IMG/VR virus record: IMGVR_UViG_3300017909_002098
Location: 1 to 51,358 of that record
Strand: one strand, 5' to 3'
Source: a virus
Lineage: Duplodnaviria; Caudoviricetes
DNA length: 51,358 bases
The number at the start of each line of letters is the position of its first letter. The stretch's first letter is position 1. The notes below the pieces were generated by a model, which worked only from the letters and a program-made list of their open reading frames with translations, was not told the DNA's origin and made no database searches. Positions 9,419 through 17,974 of the stretch are shown here, in pieces. The translations under genes were made by a program, and so were the position numbers.

Positions 9419-9889
9419 CTAAGACTTACGACCACCACCAAAAGATACACGAGATTGTCTGTCAATATTCACAGGCATCTCTGGTCGTTGTTCCCTTAGA
9501 ATGTCTTGGTCTACGGCTTTTACTTGATCAGAAGTTTTATTTCTAAAATACTTCTTGCGTTCCTCAACTACTTCTTCAGGTATCCTTGCCAACACAAGGC
9601 CACCAACCCCGATTAACCCCTGATACTGTCCTTCTTGAATCACTGGATAGTCGTGGTCGCCAAGTTGATTAGAAATTTCTTCTGCTCTTACAAATTCCCA
9701 ACCTTCTCTAAGTTTTTTAGATACATTACCTGTATCCATTTGACCCACAACTTCTGTTCTTATCCAACGATGCTCAAAGCCCTGTGGTGCAGGAGGTGCA
9801 TCTAGACTTGATGGAGGAGTCCAAGATTTTTTTCTTTCTTTTCTTTCACTTGAACTGCGTAAAGTTCTTTTTTCATTTTTAATACTCAT
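9419..9889 (-). CDS. Conserved capsid-module protein
   Basis: WTPPSSLDAP...HRWIR...REGWEFV...GGLVLARIP; AAGGAG RBS. Confidence 0.7.
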   Translation of the reverse strand: MSIKNEKRTLRSSSERKERKKSWTPPSSLDAPPAPQGFEHRWIRTEVVGQMDTGNVSKKLREGWEFVRAEEISNQLGDHDYPVIQEGQYQGLIGVGGLVLARIPEEVVEERKKYFRNKTSDQVKAVDQDILREQRPEMPVNIDRQSRVSFGGGRKS

Positions 9890-9891
9890 TT

Positions 9892-10800
9892 TTACTCCTT
9901 TACGAATTTTGCGTATTCTTCTAATGGCACTCCTAATTTTTTAGCAATTGCTACTTGTGACCGAGTGAGTGTCACTTTTCTGCGACCTTGCTGTTTCCGC
10001 CCCGCTGAGGCAACAGTTTGAATCGGTTTTTCTTTTGCAAACTTAGCAGGAAAATTATCCTGTAATTGTCTGTCTATCTCAGTATAGTATTCATCGGACT
10101 CTGGGTCAAACCCCTTTTGTACTAAATCTTCGTGAATAGTAAATGCAGCATTTGTCATAACTTTATCTTGACCAAACCACTGATTATTTTCTGCCCACTC
10201 TTTAGCCCTGGGGCTAGGTTCTTGTGGCACAGGTTGTGCTGGTTCTTGTTTCTGCTCTTCTGTTTCTTTTTTCTGTTCTTCTAACTGTTGTTTTCTCATC
10301 TTAGCTTTTTCTTTTTCTACTGCTAGAGATGTTAATTCTTGGTTTGCTGTCATCATAGAGTCATAATCTTGAGCCTCCATAGCAGTTTTTAATTTTTGTT
10401 TTACCTGCTCTGTTTGTGCATCAACTCTTGTTTCATATTCTTTTACATAAGATTCATCTGTAATTGTTTTGTCTTTTTCAACTTTATTATATTTATTTTG
10501 TAAACCTTTTGCATAATCAAGAGCTGCTTTCTCTCTTCTCTCTGCTTCTCTCATTTTTCTTGTAAGTTGATTAATTCTTTTTTGCACATTATCAGAGTGC
10601 TGTTCCAAATCATCTTGTTGCTCTGTGACCTCTGGCTTTTTTATTTCAGCTTTTGTATCTTTTGCAATCGGATCTGTATATCCTAAATCAACATTACTTA
10701 AATTATCAGAATCATCTTCTTCTTTTTTAGATTCAATAGCTATTTCTTTTTCTTCTAATCCGTCAGTATCAAGTTCTATTTGTTCTTGTGCTTGTGACAT
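9892..10800 (-). CDS. Capsid scaffolding protein
   Basis: Acidic coiled-coil (VQKRINQLTRKMREAERR); C-terminal LTRSQVAIAKKLGVPLEEYAK; lies between portal and MCP. Confidence 0.7.
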   Translation of the reverse strand: MSQAQEQIELDTDGLEEKEIAIESKKEEDDSDNLSNVDLGYTDPIAKDTKAEIKKPEVTEQQDDLEQHSDNVQKRINQLTRKMREAERREKAALDYAKGLQNKYNKVEKDKTITDESYVKEYETRVDAQTEQVKQKLKTAMEAQDYDSMMTANQELTSLAVEKEKAKMRKQQLEEQKKETEEQKQEPAQPVPQEPSPRAKEWAENNQWFGQDKVMTNAAFTIHEDLVQKGFDPESDEYYTEIDRQLQDNFPAKFAKEKPIQTVASAGRKQQGRRKVTLTRSQVAIAKKLGVPLEEYAKFVKE

Positions 10801-10809
10801 ATTTTCTCC

Positions 10810-11241
10810 TTAAAATAATGCGAGGACATCCTCGGGTTTTTTGATTGTTGCAATGATCTCATCATCATTAAGTATTCTGTGTTCGCCATATTTAGTTTTA
10901 AATCTAGCTCCAGCATACCTACCATAAATTACAAATTGACCTCTTTTACACCAAGGACCACTAGGAAATTTCTCTGTGTCCTGGTAACACAATGTACCCA
11001 TCTTAATAACTAATCCTACTACAGTAGTTATCTCCATAGTTTCTTGTGTCTTATCAGATAAGTAAACCCCACCTTCAGTTTTACTACTAGGCACATGTGG
11101 TCTTACTAAAATTCTGTATCCTACTGGATCAGGTAACATTTTATAGTAAGCCTCGCGCTCCTTTTCTGTCATTGGTATATTTGATTTTTTTGTTTCTTTA
11201 CTTTTTGGTATGATTAATTTAGGTTTTTCCTTCAGTATCAT
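10810..11241 (-). CDS. groES: Co-chaperonin GroES (Cpn10)-like protein
   Basis: PVGYRILV, TEGGVYL mobile loop, VIYGRYAG, ILNDDEIIA. Confidence 0.9.
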   Translation of the reverse strand: MILKEKPKLIIPKSKETKKSNIPMTEKEREAYYKMLPDPVGYRILVRPHVPSSKTEGGVYLSDKTQETMEITTVVGLVIKMGTLCYQDTEKFPSGPWCKRGQFVIYGRYAGARFKTKYGEHRILNDDEIIATIKKPEDVLALF

Positions 11242-11428
11242 AATCGTAATTTTCCTTTCGTTGCAGGTCTTTTAAGTCCTGTAGCAATGTTTCTAAAGCA
11301 TTGATCTTACCTCTAGCATAGTTAAGTTGTTCTATTGTGTCTACACTATAAGTAAGATGATCTTTTATTTCTTGTAATTTTTTATTTATTTGTTTCTTTA
11401 TTATTTGGATCGTGTCTATATCATACAT
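11219..11428 (-). CDS. Small helical hypothetical protein
   Basis: 69 aa ORF overlapping both neighbours. Confidence 0.65.
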   Translation of the reverse strand: MYDIDTIQIIKKQINKKLQEIKDHLTYSVDTIEQLNYARGKINALETLLQDLKDLQRKENYDYDTEGKT

Positions 11429-11549
11429 TAAAAACTCTCACATCACTTTTAGGTCCTAATTTTTTTCTGTGTCTTAAATTTTTATTTTTATACCTTCTTT
11501 TTATTTTTTTAGTATCGAGTTTGACAAAGTGGTTAATTCTTTTTGCCAT
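11421..11549 (-). CDS. 42-aa basic peptide (below cutoff)
   Basis: Hand translation MAKRINHFVKLDTKKIKRRYKNKNLRHRKKLGPKSDVRVFNV; fills the gap between neighbours. Confidence 0.55.
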   Translation of the reverse strand: MAKRINHFVKLDTKKIKRRYKNKNLRHRKKLGPKSDVRVFNV

Positions 11550-11550
11550 A

Positions 11551-11634
11551 TTAATAAGTAATAAAAGCTAAAAAAAACATTGTAATAATAACATAAATTA
11601 CAAAATAAACTGTTAGCCTATCATCGTCTTTCAT
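11551..11634 (-). CDS. 27-aa single-TM peptide (below cutoff)
   Basis: Hand translation MKDDDRLTVYFVIYVIITMFFLAFITY; ATGA overlap with the holin stop. Confidence 0.5.
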   Translation of the reverse strand: MKDDDRLTVYFVIYVIITMFFLAFITY

Positions 11635-12041
11635 TTTTTCATATTCTCTCTAGCAATTCCTTTTGACTTCTCGAAGGATCTCATAGCTCCGAGGCCTAGG
11701 AGGCTCATAACTAACGTGACGAGCCCTTCCATTTCAAGATTTAGTGGAACGAAATCTGGATTAAAAAGAACAGCTACATAGGTTATAATCGGCTGAATGA
11801 AGAACTGCCAAAGTAAGCCCAAGCAACAAACCCACATTATTGCTGGGCGTGCTCCGCTAACAAATATACTAGGATGTTTCGCTTGTTCTTTATTTATCTC
11901 TATTTGACCTTTAGCTAATTGTTGTGCATGTTTCTCTGCCATAGTTGCTAAGTCGTGTGCAAGTTTATTTTTTTGATCTTTATCCTCTATAAATTTACCT
12001 ATTAGTTTAGTCGCTGGTGCTATTAATGCTGTTAATGCCAT
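11631..12041 (-). CDS. Holin (3TM/GTA-type holin family)
   Basis: GARPAIMWVC...LLGLGAMRSFEK with hydrophobic segments; start moved to ATG 12041 behind AGGAG. Confidence 0.8.
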   Translation of the reverse strand: MALTALIAPATKLIGKFIEDKDQKNKLAHDLATMAEKHAQQLAKGQIEINKEQAKHPSIFVSGARPAIMWVCCLGLLWQFFIQPIITYVAVLFNPDFVPLNLEMEGLVTLVMSLLGLGAMRSFEKSKGIARENMKK

Positions 12042-12087
12042 ATTATTACTCCTGTTTTTATTTTGAACTGATGCTTTCCATCCTTCA

Positions 12088-12693
12088 TCAAATATTCCCA
12101 TCAGTCCTCTTGTAAATTAATTTTCTTTCACCTTCTCTTACTTTTTGAAAACCAGCTTTGGTCAAAGACCAATCAATAGTTTGCGTATTATAAGTTTTAT
12201 GATCATCTAAAATAATTATACTATTGTTATCCATTCTTCTCATAAAAAAAGCAATCTCTTGGTTAACAGCCTGTGTCGTATGTGGACCATCAAGATGCAC
12301 TATAGAAAAAGTATCTTTTAAATAAATATTACCATCTATACTCATAGGGTAACCATCTTTCATAGTTTGAAAAAAATAAGTATCTGGAAACTCGAAAAAA
12401 GCAAACTCTTTATATTTTACTAAATCATATAAAGTTTCTACTTTCATACTATCTGTATAATCAGCAGTATAGGGTTCTACATCATCATAATGTTGATAAT
12501 TTAAGTTGCCATATGGGTCAACCGCTATATGTCTGTAGTGAGGAACATCTTTTGAAATAACTGCATCCATAATAGTTTGAGAACCTAGTCCTCTACGCAA
12601 ACCTATTTCGCAAGACAATACCACATCACCTAGATTTAGCTTTTGTATTTCTTCTGTTATAAATTCGTATTCTTTAGAGTCGCCCTGTATCAC
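12088..12693 (-). CDS. Class I SAM-dependent methyltransferase (Methyltransf_24-like)
   Basis: EIGLRRGLGS motif I, AVDPY, VHLDGPH, IILDD. Confidence 0.8.
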   Translation of the reverse strand: MIQGDSKEYEFITEEIQKLNLGDVVLSCEIGLRRGLGSQTIMDAVISKDVPHYRHIAVDPYGNLNYQHYDDVEPYTADYTDSMKVETLYDLVKYKEFAFFEFPDTYFFQTMKDGYPMSIDGNIYLKDTFSIVHLDGPHTTQAVNQEIAFFMRRMDNNSIIILDDHKTYNTQTIDWSLTKAGFQKVREGERKLIYKRTDGNI

Positions 12694-12890
12694 TTAACAC
12701 CAATAAATTTTTTGCCCTTTACTTGTATCGGCTTTATGCCTTTAATATCACTACCTTGTACACCATTTTCACGATGTGGGCAACCAAAATCTCCAAGGTC
12801 TGATAAAGCTCCTATTCTAATCATTGTTATCCTTATACCTTGAGGGTTAGGACCCTTTTTAGGTGGTGGACCGCTTTTCTTTCCTATCAT
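12690..12890 (-). CDS. Small basic protein
   Basis: GKKSGPPPKKGPNPQG...VKGKKFIGVK; probable start ATG 12890 within the portal 3' end. Confidence 0.65.
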   Translation of the reverse strand: MIGKKSGPPPKKGPNPQGIRITMIRIGALSDLGDFGCPHRENGVQGSDIKGIKPIQVKGKKFIGVK

Positions 12891-15228
12891 CTTTATTCTC
12901 CATTTCATTTCTTATTTTCATTTCAGTTAAATCTAGCTTTTCATCTGCCACTCTAATTCTTTCTTGAGATGCTGCTTCAGCGTCTTCTCTTTTCATCTTA
13001 TCTAAATCTAACCTTTGCTCAAACTCATCAGACTTTCTTTCCATATCCATCATAGTTTCTTGGTTTCTTCTTTGAATATCCATAGCTCTTAGATCAAGTT
13101 CTCTATTTTTCAATGCAACAAGTGGGTCTGGTTTAGATGAACCCATTTCACCTTCTACATACATAGCAGTTAGTGCTGCAATTTGTTCTGCAATCATACT
13201 TTCTGTTTCTGCAAGATAAGATTGAGGATCTTTTTGCTCCAATAATACCAAATCAGGTCTGTTTTGTTTTACTTCTAATAAAACCTGTGCTCTGGCTTTG
13301 TATGATATATGTTCCATAACGTGAGATAATAGTAAAGCGTGTACCATAGGATTGACCTGCACCATTCTTGTCTTCATAAACGCAACGTGAGAAGCTATAT
13401 GTGCATCGTGGTTTTGAAAATAAAAAGCTTTGGGTATTTCCATACGAAGTGCGTTTGCATTTTCAACTCCAGGGTCCATTGGTGTAGGTTTTTTCTCTGG
13501 CTTGAGTATTGTATCAATATTTTTAGTGCCCATTGCCTCATATACTCGTCTATAAGCTTCTCTTAAGTTGTGCATTTGAGGATTTGACTGTGCAATCTGT
13601 AATTGTTGACTTGCAAGAGTAATTCTTTGTGAAATACTGAAAATATTTGGGTCTGCAACAGGAATTATGTCCACTTCAGGACTAAAATCCATCATTTTTA
13701 TCATTCTATTACCACCTACAACAGCATAAGGGTATGCTGGAGGTAGATAAGTACCAAAAACATCGGCTAAAAGCTTAAATTCTATACGCATAGCATAGTA
13801 ACAACGCTTATGAATAGCTGACATGACCCTAGAACCACGCTCCAAGAGAGCAATTGTCGTTCCAACAGCTCTATTTTGCTTATCTTCACCTGTTTGCATA
13901 TCCATAACACCAGCGAATTTTTGTCCAGCTTGTACAACAAAGCCTAAAAGTTGCATCAGTGTGTTACTAGGCTCTTTAAAAGGTAACATCATAAACTGAT
14001 CTCTTACATTACCACCTGGAACATCGACATCTCTAAACTCTCCAGGTTGAAAAGGTTGCTCATCATCTCTAATTCTAATAGATCTAGATTTAAAACCAGC
14101 AGGTAAGTTAGATAATGTACCAGCATCTAATAATTGTCTTAGTGCAGCAGTTGCAGTTCTTGATAAACCACCAATCATATGTATTAAACCAAACCCATAA
14201 AATCCAAGTCCAGGTAAAAATTTGTAATGAACAAAATATTCTTTTCTATTCATCAATGGATCTTCAGGAGTATAGTTTCTGTACACAGATAATATTTCTT
14301 GAGAGCCTTCATCTACTGTAACGATGTAAGGAACTTTAATATTTTTTTGTGCAGGATCGTTAGGACCAATATATTCTTCTATATCTAAATGAACGTGCAT
14401 TTCTAAAATGTTAAATTGATAATCTTGTTCTGCATTTTCTTCTACACCTTCAAGTTGATTATATTTTTCTTGTATATCACTATCATCTGATCTTGATGGT
14501 AGAATATCTACTTCTTTGTAAAAACCAGCTACCTGTTTTTTTAAAACTTCATTCTCGCTCATTTTTACTACATGTGTAATTCTTTCACTCTCTTTTAAAT
14601 CTGTTGAATAATAAGGTACTACCAAATCCTCTGCTGGTATAAATTTAGATACAGCTCTATCCATTACCTCATCGTAATATACTTTTTTGAAAGCAGAGCC
14701 AGCTAATGGTAGATAAAATAATAATTGATCAAACTCAGGAGTATACTCCTCCATTTTATCAGTAAGCATATAATTCATAAAATCTTTAACTCTTTGTGCT
14801 TGTTCTGATTTTTCTGTAGTTAGATCACCAACTACTTGTGTGTTAACTGGACCTGATGCAGGTAGTAATTCTTTATAAGCTTGTGCTTGAAATTGTGTAA
14901 CAGATTCTGCAAGCAAAGGATGTGTTACTGATGAGGCACCACTAAAAGGTCTCGCTTCTTCATTATATTTAAATCCTAGTAAATCAAGACCAGATGTATA
15001 AGTTTTTTCCCACTCACTTCTAGATTCTCTATCTCTTTTGTAATCAGATATAAGTTCGCCGCCCAATCTTTGTAGAGTTCTCTCATCCATCTCTTCAGCA
15101 AGATTTGCATAAAAGTTTTGCTCTAAATCTTCAGCTACCTCTTCTACTGGTTCACCCTCTGTAATTTCTACATCAACTTCTTCTGGTAAACCTGCTTTGT
15201 CTAATTCACCTTTTACTTCTTCTTCCAT
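12859..15228 (-). CDS. Portal protein
   Basis: 789 aa; HPLLAESVTQFQAQAYKELLP, LPLAGSAFKKVYYD, PGLGFYGFGLIH; coiled-coil C-terminus; downstream of TerL. Confidence 0.88.
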   Translation of the reverse strand: MEEEVKGELDKAGLPEEVDVEITEGEPVEEVAEDLEQNFYANLAEEMDERTLQRLGGELISDYKRDRESRSEWEKTYTSGLDLLGFKYNEEARPFSGASSVTHPLLAESVTQFQAQAYKELLPASGPVNTQVVGDLTTEKSEQAQRVKDFMNYMLTDKMEEYTPEFDQLLFYLPLAGSAFKKVYYDEVMDRAVSKFIPAEDLVVPYYSTDLKESERITHVVKMSENEVLKKQVAGFYKEVDILPSRSDDSDIQEKYNQLEGVEENAEQDYQFNILEMHVHLDIEEYIGPNDPAQKNIKVPYIVTVDEGSQEILSVYRNYTPEDPLMNRKEYFVHYKFLPGLGFYGFGLIHMIGGLSRTATAALRQLLDAGTLSNLPAGFKSRSIRIRDDEQPFQPGEFRDVDVPGGNVRDQFMMLPFKEPSNTLMQLLGFVVQAGQKFAGVMDMQTGEDKQNRAVGTTIALLERGSRVMSAIHKRCYYAMRIEFKLLADVFGTYLPPAYPYAVVGGNRMIKMMDFSPEVDIIPVADPNIFSISQRITLASQQLQIAQSNPQMHNLREAYRRVYEAMGTKNIDTILKPEKKPTPMDPGVENANALRMEIPKAFYFQNHDAHIASHVAFMKTRMVQVNPMVHALLLSHVMEHISYKARAQVLLEVKQNRPDLVLLEQKDPQSYLAETESMIAEQIAALTAMYVEGEMGSSKPDPLVALKNRELDLRAMDIQRRNQETMMDMERKSDEFEQRLDLDKMKREDAEAASQERIRVADEKLDLTEMKIRNEMENKDDRKEKRSTT

Positions 15229-15530
15229 TATGTAATCCTCGTTTTGTATTTTCCATATTTGGTTTTGATGTCCACAAACATTCCCTCACTTGCAAAAGCT
15301 TTTTGTGAAGCTCCAGTTATTTGTTTGATACTTGGCACACCTTCAGGCATTGGGTATTTAGGTCCTCTTTGTAAATCTGCATTTCTTAAAGATCTATTTC
15401 TTGTAGTGACAACATCAAGTAAATCAGGTGCATTGATATCAGGTACTTCTTTTCTCTCTAGTAATTGTTGAGCTAATTTTAATCTCTCTATATTTCTTTT
15501 ATTAGATTTTGATTTTGATTTTTTTGCCAT
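15228..15530 (-). CDS. Basic hypothetical protein
   Basis: Probable start MAKKSK at 15530; TAATG coupling to the portal gene. Confidence 0.6.
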   Translation of the reverse strand: MAKKSKSKSNKRNIERLKLAQQLLERKEVPDINAPDLLDVVTTRNRSLRNADLQRGPKYPMPEGVPSIKQITGASQKAFASEGMFVDIKTKYGKYKTRIT

Positions 15531-15531
15531 A

Positions 15532-17859
15532 TTATTTCCACTCAAACAAGTTTACCACTAAACCACCTCTTTTGTAAGTACTCATCGGCATATCTTTCAT
15601 TTCAGGTTTTACCTTAATAGCATAAGCTTTATAATACAAAGCATCATCCCCTTTGTCTATCCTTTTGACCTGACTTCTAAAAGCAAGAGGCACATCATCT
15701 AAAGTTTCAAACGCACCTAGATGCTCTTCAAAATCTACTTCTTTTCCTGTATCAACATTAAAATTTTTTTTAGTGCTGCCTATAACTTTAAATGGTTTGT
15801 CAGGATCAGATTTTGCAACATCAATAGTTTTAACTTCTGTGTTATACTTTTTTGCTAAATCTCTCATTCTATTTGGTATGGTTGCTGGACCCACAATAAT
15901 ATCTTTACCTTTTACCTTAGGACTCATATCTCTCATCCCTGTTCTACCCGATTCAAGTTTTAAGTTTTTTGCAGAACCATCTCCTTTGTAATTACCATAA
16001 AACTCCATCAACCCAACTTTTCTATCGTGTGTTCTTTTATAGGCCACCATTTCAAATGGGTTTATAGCTACCCAACTGTGACCATCATTAGCTGCTTTTT
16101 TCATTGCATACTTAAGACCCAAGCTTGACCATTCTTTTTTATCCATTAAAGGATTATAAACAACATTTTCTCCTGGTCTTGGTACGACCACGTTTGACTG
16201 TCTAGGACCTTGACTCCTTATAAAATCTGCTCTATCTGCTAACTTGTTAAAAGCATCAATATCTGTTGCTGTTTGGTATCTACCTTTTTTTGCTATGTCA
16301 ATCATTTCACTACCAATATTATACATCTCATCTTGATGTATTAATTCATTTAAATTAGTTCTGTTAAAAGGATTAGATCTCATATTTTTAAAAGCCTCAG
16401 ACTCATAAAATTGTTTTGAGAAATTTTTTATAGTATCGTTGTCCTGATATTTAAATATATCTTGATTTTTTAATCTTGCTAATTTATTTCTTTCTGCGTC
16501 AGGTAAACTGTTTACCAGTTTGTCTACAAAATTATCTCTTACTTTTACAGCATCTCTTAATATCTCTTGGTTAAGATCAGATTGTATTTCATCAAGTACT
16601 ACTGCTGATTCATTACCAGGTCCTCTAACTCCTCTAGTGCCTCCTCGTAAATGTAGAAGTTGTCCGTAAATTGGTCTACCTGTAGGGTCTTCTGCAAAGT
16701 GTCTTGCACTATAAAATCTTTTTACATCAGGAGGTAAAGAATCTAATAAACGATCATCAACATATAAAATATCTTCAAAGTAATTTTTACCACCTAAAAT
16801 TCTATATCCTTCAGCACCTTGTTCTTTAGTAAGGTAATTTATATTTTTACCTTTTTCGTGTCTTTTAAAATTTTTTGCAATCTCTCTGCCATCAAAAATC
16901 TTTGCAAAAGCTTGATTCTGTGCCTCAAGTTTTGCTATTCCTGTTTGATCTACACCCTCAAAATTTTTTAATGAGTTTAATATTTTTTGACCTCTTGAAA
17001 AAGCCTCATTACTAAAAGCCTCACCACCTCTTGATAAACCCATACTAAAAGTATAATTTAGAGAAGCTAATGTTTCTTTTAGATCAGCTACTTTTTCAGC
17101 TTCCATAGACATACCTCTTCTATTTACTAATTGCTCTAAATTTAAACCTCTAGTTGCATCAAAAGAATCTCTTGCTTGATTTGTTAAAGTTCTTAAATCA
17201 TTCATAAAAGTTTCTGCCCTATCACTTATTAAGTCTGTCCCTCTTCTTATAACTTTAATGTTATTTGAGGGAGAGCCTCTTACAAAACTTAATAATGTTT
17301 GTTTTGATATTGGAGAATCTTTACCATCTGCATCATCCATTAAATCTTTAAGGATGCCGCTTTGCACATTATTTTTTCTATCGTAAGCTACAATACCAGC
17401 ATCTTCTAATTCTTGTTTAGGCACATTTATTTTTTTTGCAAAACCTGTATTGGGCTCTATGTAGTTTAGTTCAAGATTGCCTTTAAATAAATTTGCCCAC
17501 TCTTTTGGAGGTAAAGCTTTTTTTACTGGCATCTTTACAATATAATCAAACAATGCAGGACCCACACCATATAACTCATTATCAGACGCAGTACCACCCA
17601 TAGTCAAAGGTTGTTTTTCAACCTTTTGCTTTAATTCTTCAAAAAGCTCATCTTTACTTTTAACATAGTCTTGACTCTTCGTAAAAGAAGTCAAAGCTCT
17701 TTGTTCTACAGCAACATCAGGTGTAGGGTCTTTTACTACTGTCTTTACATTTTCTGCTTCATCTACAGTCAGATCTCTTGCTTTTGTTTCTTTTAAAAAA
17801 TTACGAGCATAGTCTGCTGCTTTGGTCTTACCTAAGAGTCTAGCTATTCCTAGAACCAT
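15532..17859 (-). CDS. Large hypothetical protein, possibly ejected (polyvalent-protein-like domain)
   Basis: 775 aa; GGKNYFEDIL...HF...LLHLR...VLDEIQSD motif set recalled from phage large polyvalent proteins. Confidence 0.55.
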   Translation of the reverse strand: MVLGIARLLGKTKAADYARNFLKETKARDLTVDEAENVKTVVKDPTPDVAVEQRALTSFTKSQDYVKSKDELFEELKQKVEKQPLTMGGTASDNELYGVGPALFDYIVKMPVKKALPPKEWANLFKGNLELNYIEPNTGFAKKINVPKQELEDAGIVAYDRKNNVQSGILKDLMDDADGKDSPISKQTLLSFVRGSPSNNIKVIRRGTDLISDRAETFMNDLRTLTNQARDSFDATRGLNLEQLVNRRGMSMEAEKVADLKETLASLNYTFSMGLSRGGEAFSNEAFSRGQKILNSLKNFEGVDQTGIAKLEAQNQAFAKIFDGREIAKNFKRHEKGKNINYLTKEQGAEGYRILGGKNYFEDILYVDDRLLDSLPPDVKRFYSARHFAEDPTGRPIYGQLLHLRGGTRGVRGPGNESAVVLDEIQSDLNQEILRDAVKVRDNFVDKLVNSLPDAERNKLARLKNQDIFKYQDNDTIKNFSKQFYESEAFKNMRSNPFNRTNLNELIHQDEMYNIGSEMIDIAKKGRYQTATDIDAFNKLADRADFIRSQGPRQSNVVVPRPGENVVYNPLMDKKEWSSLGLKYAMKKAANDGHSWVAINPFEMVAYKRTHDRKVGLMEFYGNYKGDGSAKNLKLESGRTGMRDMSPKVKGKDIIVGPATIPNRMRDLAKKYNTEVKTIDVAKSDPDKPFKVIGSTKKNFNVDTGKEVDFEEHLGAFETLDDVPLAFRSQVKRIDKGDDALYYKAYAIKVKPEMKDMPMSTYKRGGLVVNLFEWK

Positions 17860-17966
17860 TAGTCTTTACATCTACAAAGTTTACCAAACAATCTTTTTTT
17901 TACTTTAGCTATTTGTATTTTACAATAGCTTACAGCTTTATAAATTTTTCTTTTAATTTTTTTCAT
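17859..17966 (-). CDS. 35-aa cationic Cys-containing peptide (below cutoff)
   Basis: Hand translation MKKIKRKIYKAVSYCKIQIAKVKKRLFGKLCRCKD; GAGG RBS; TAATG coupling to the 775-aa gene. Confidence 0.55.
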   Translation of the reverse strand: MKKIKRKIYKAVSYCKIQIAKVKKRLFGKLCRCKD

Positions 17967-17974
17967 TTTAGCCC

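Noticed and set aside
12041-12101. Lambda-style dual-start holin/antiholin
   Set aside because: The upstream ATG adds 20 residues and lies inside the methyltransferase gene; the downstream ATG has the clear AGGAG. Insufficient support.
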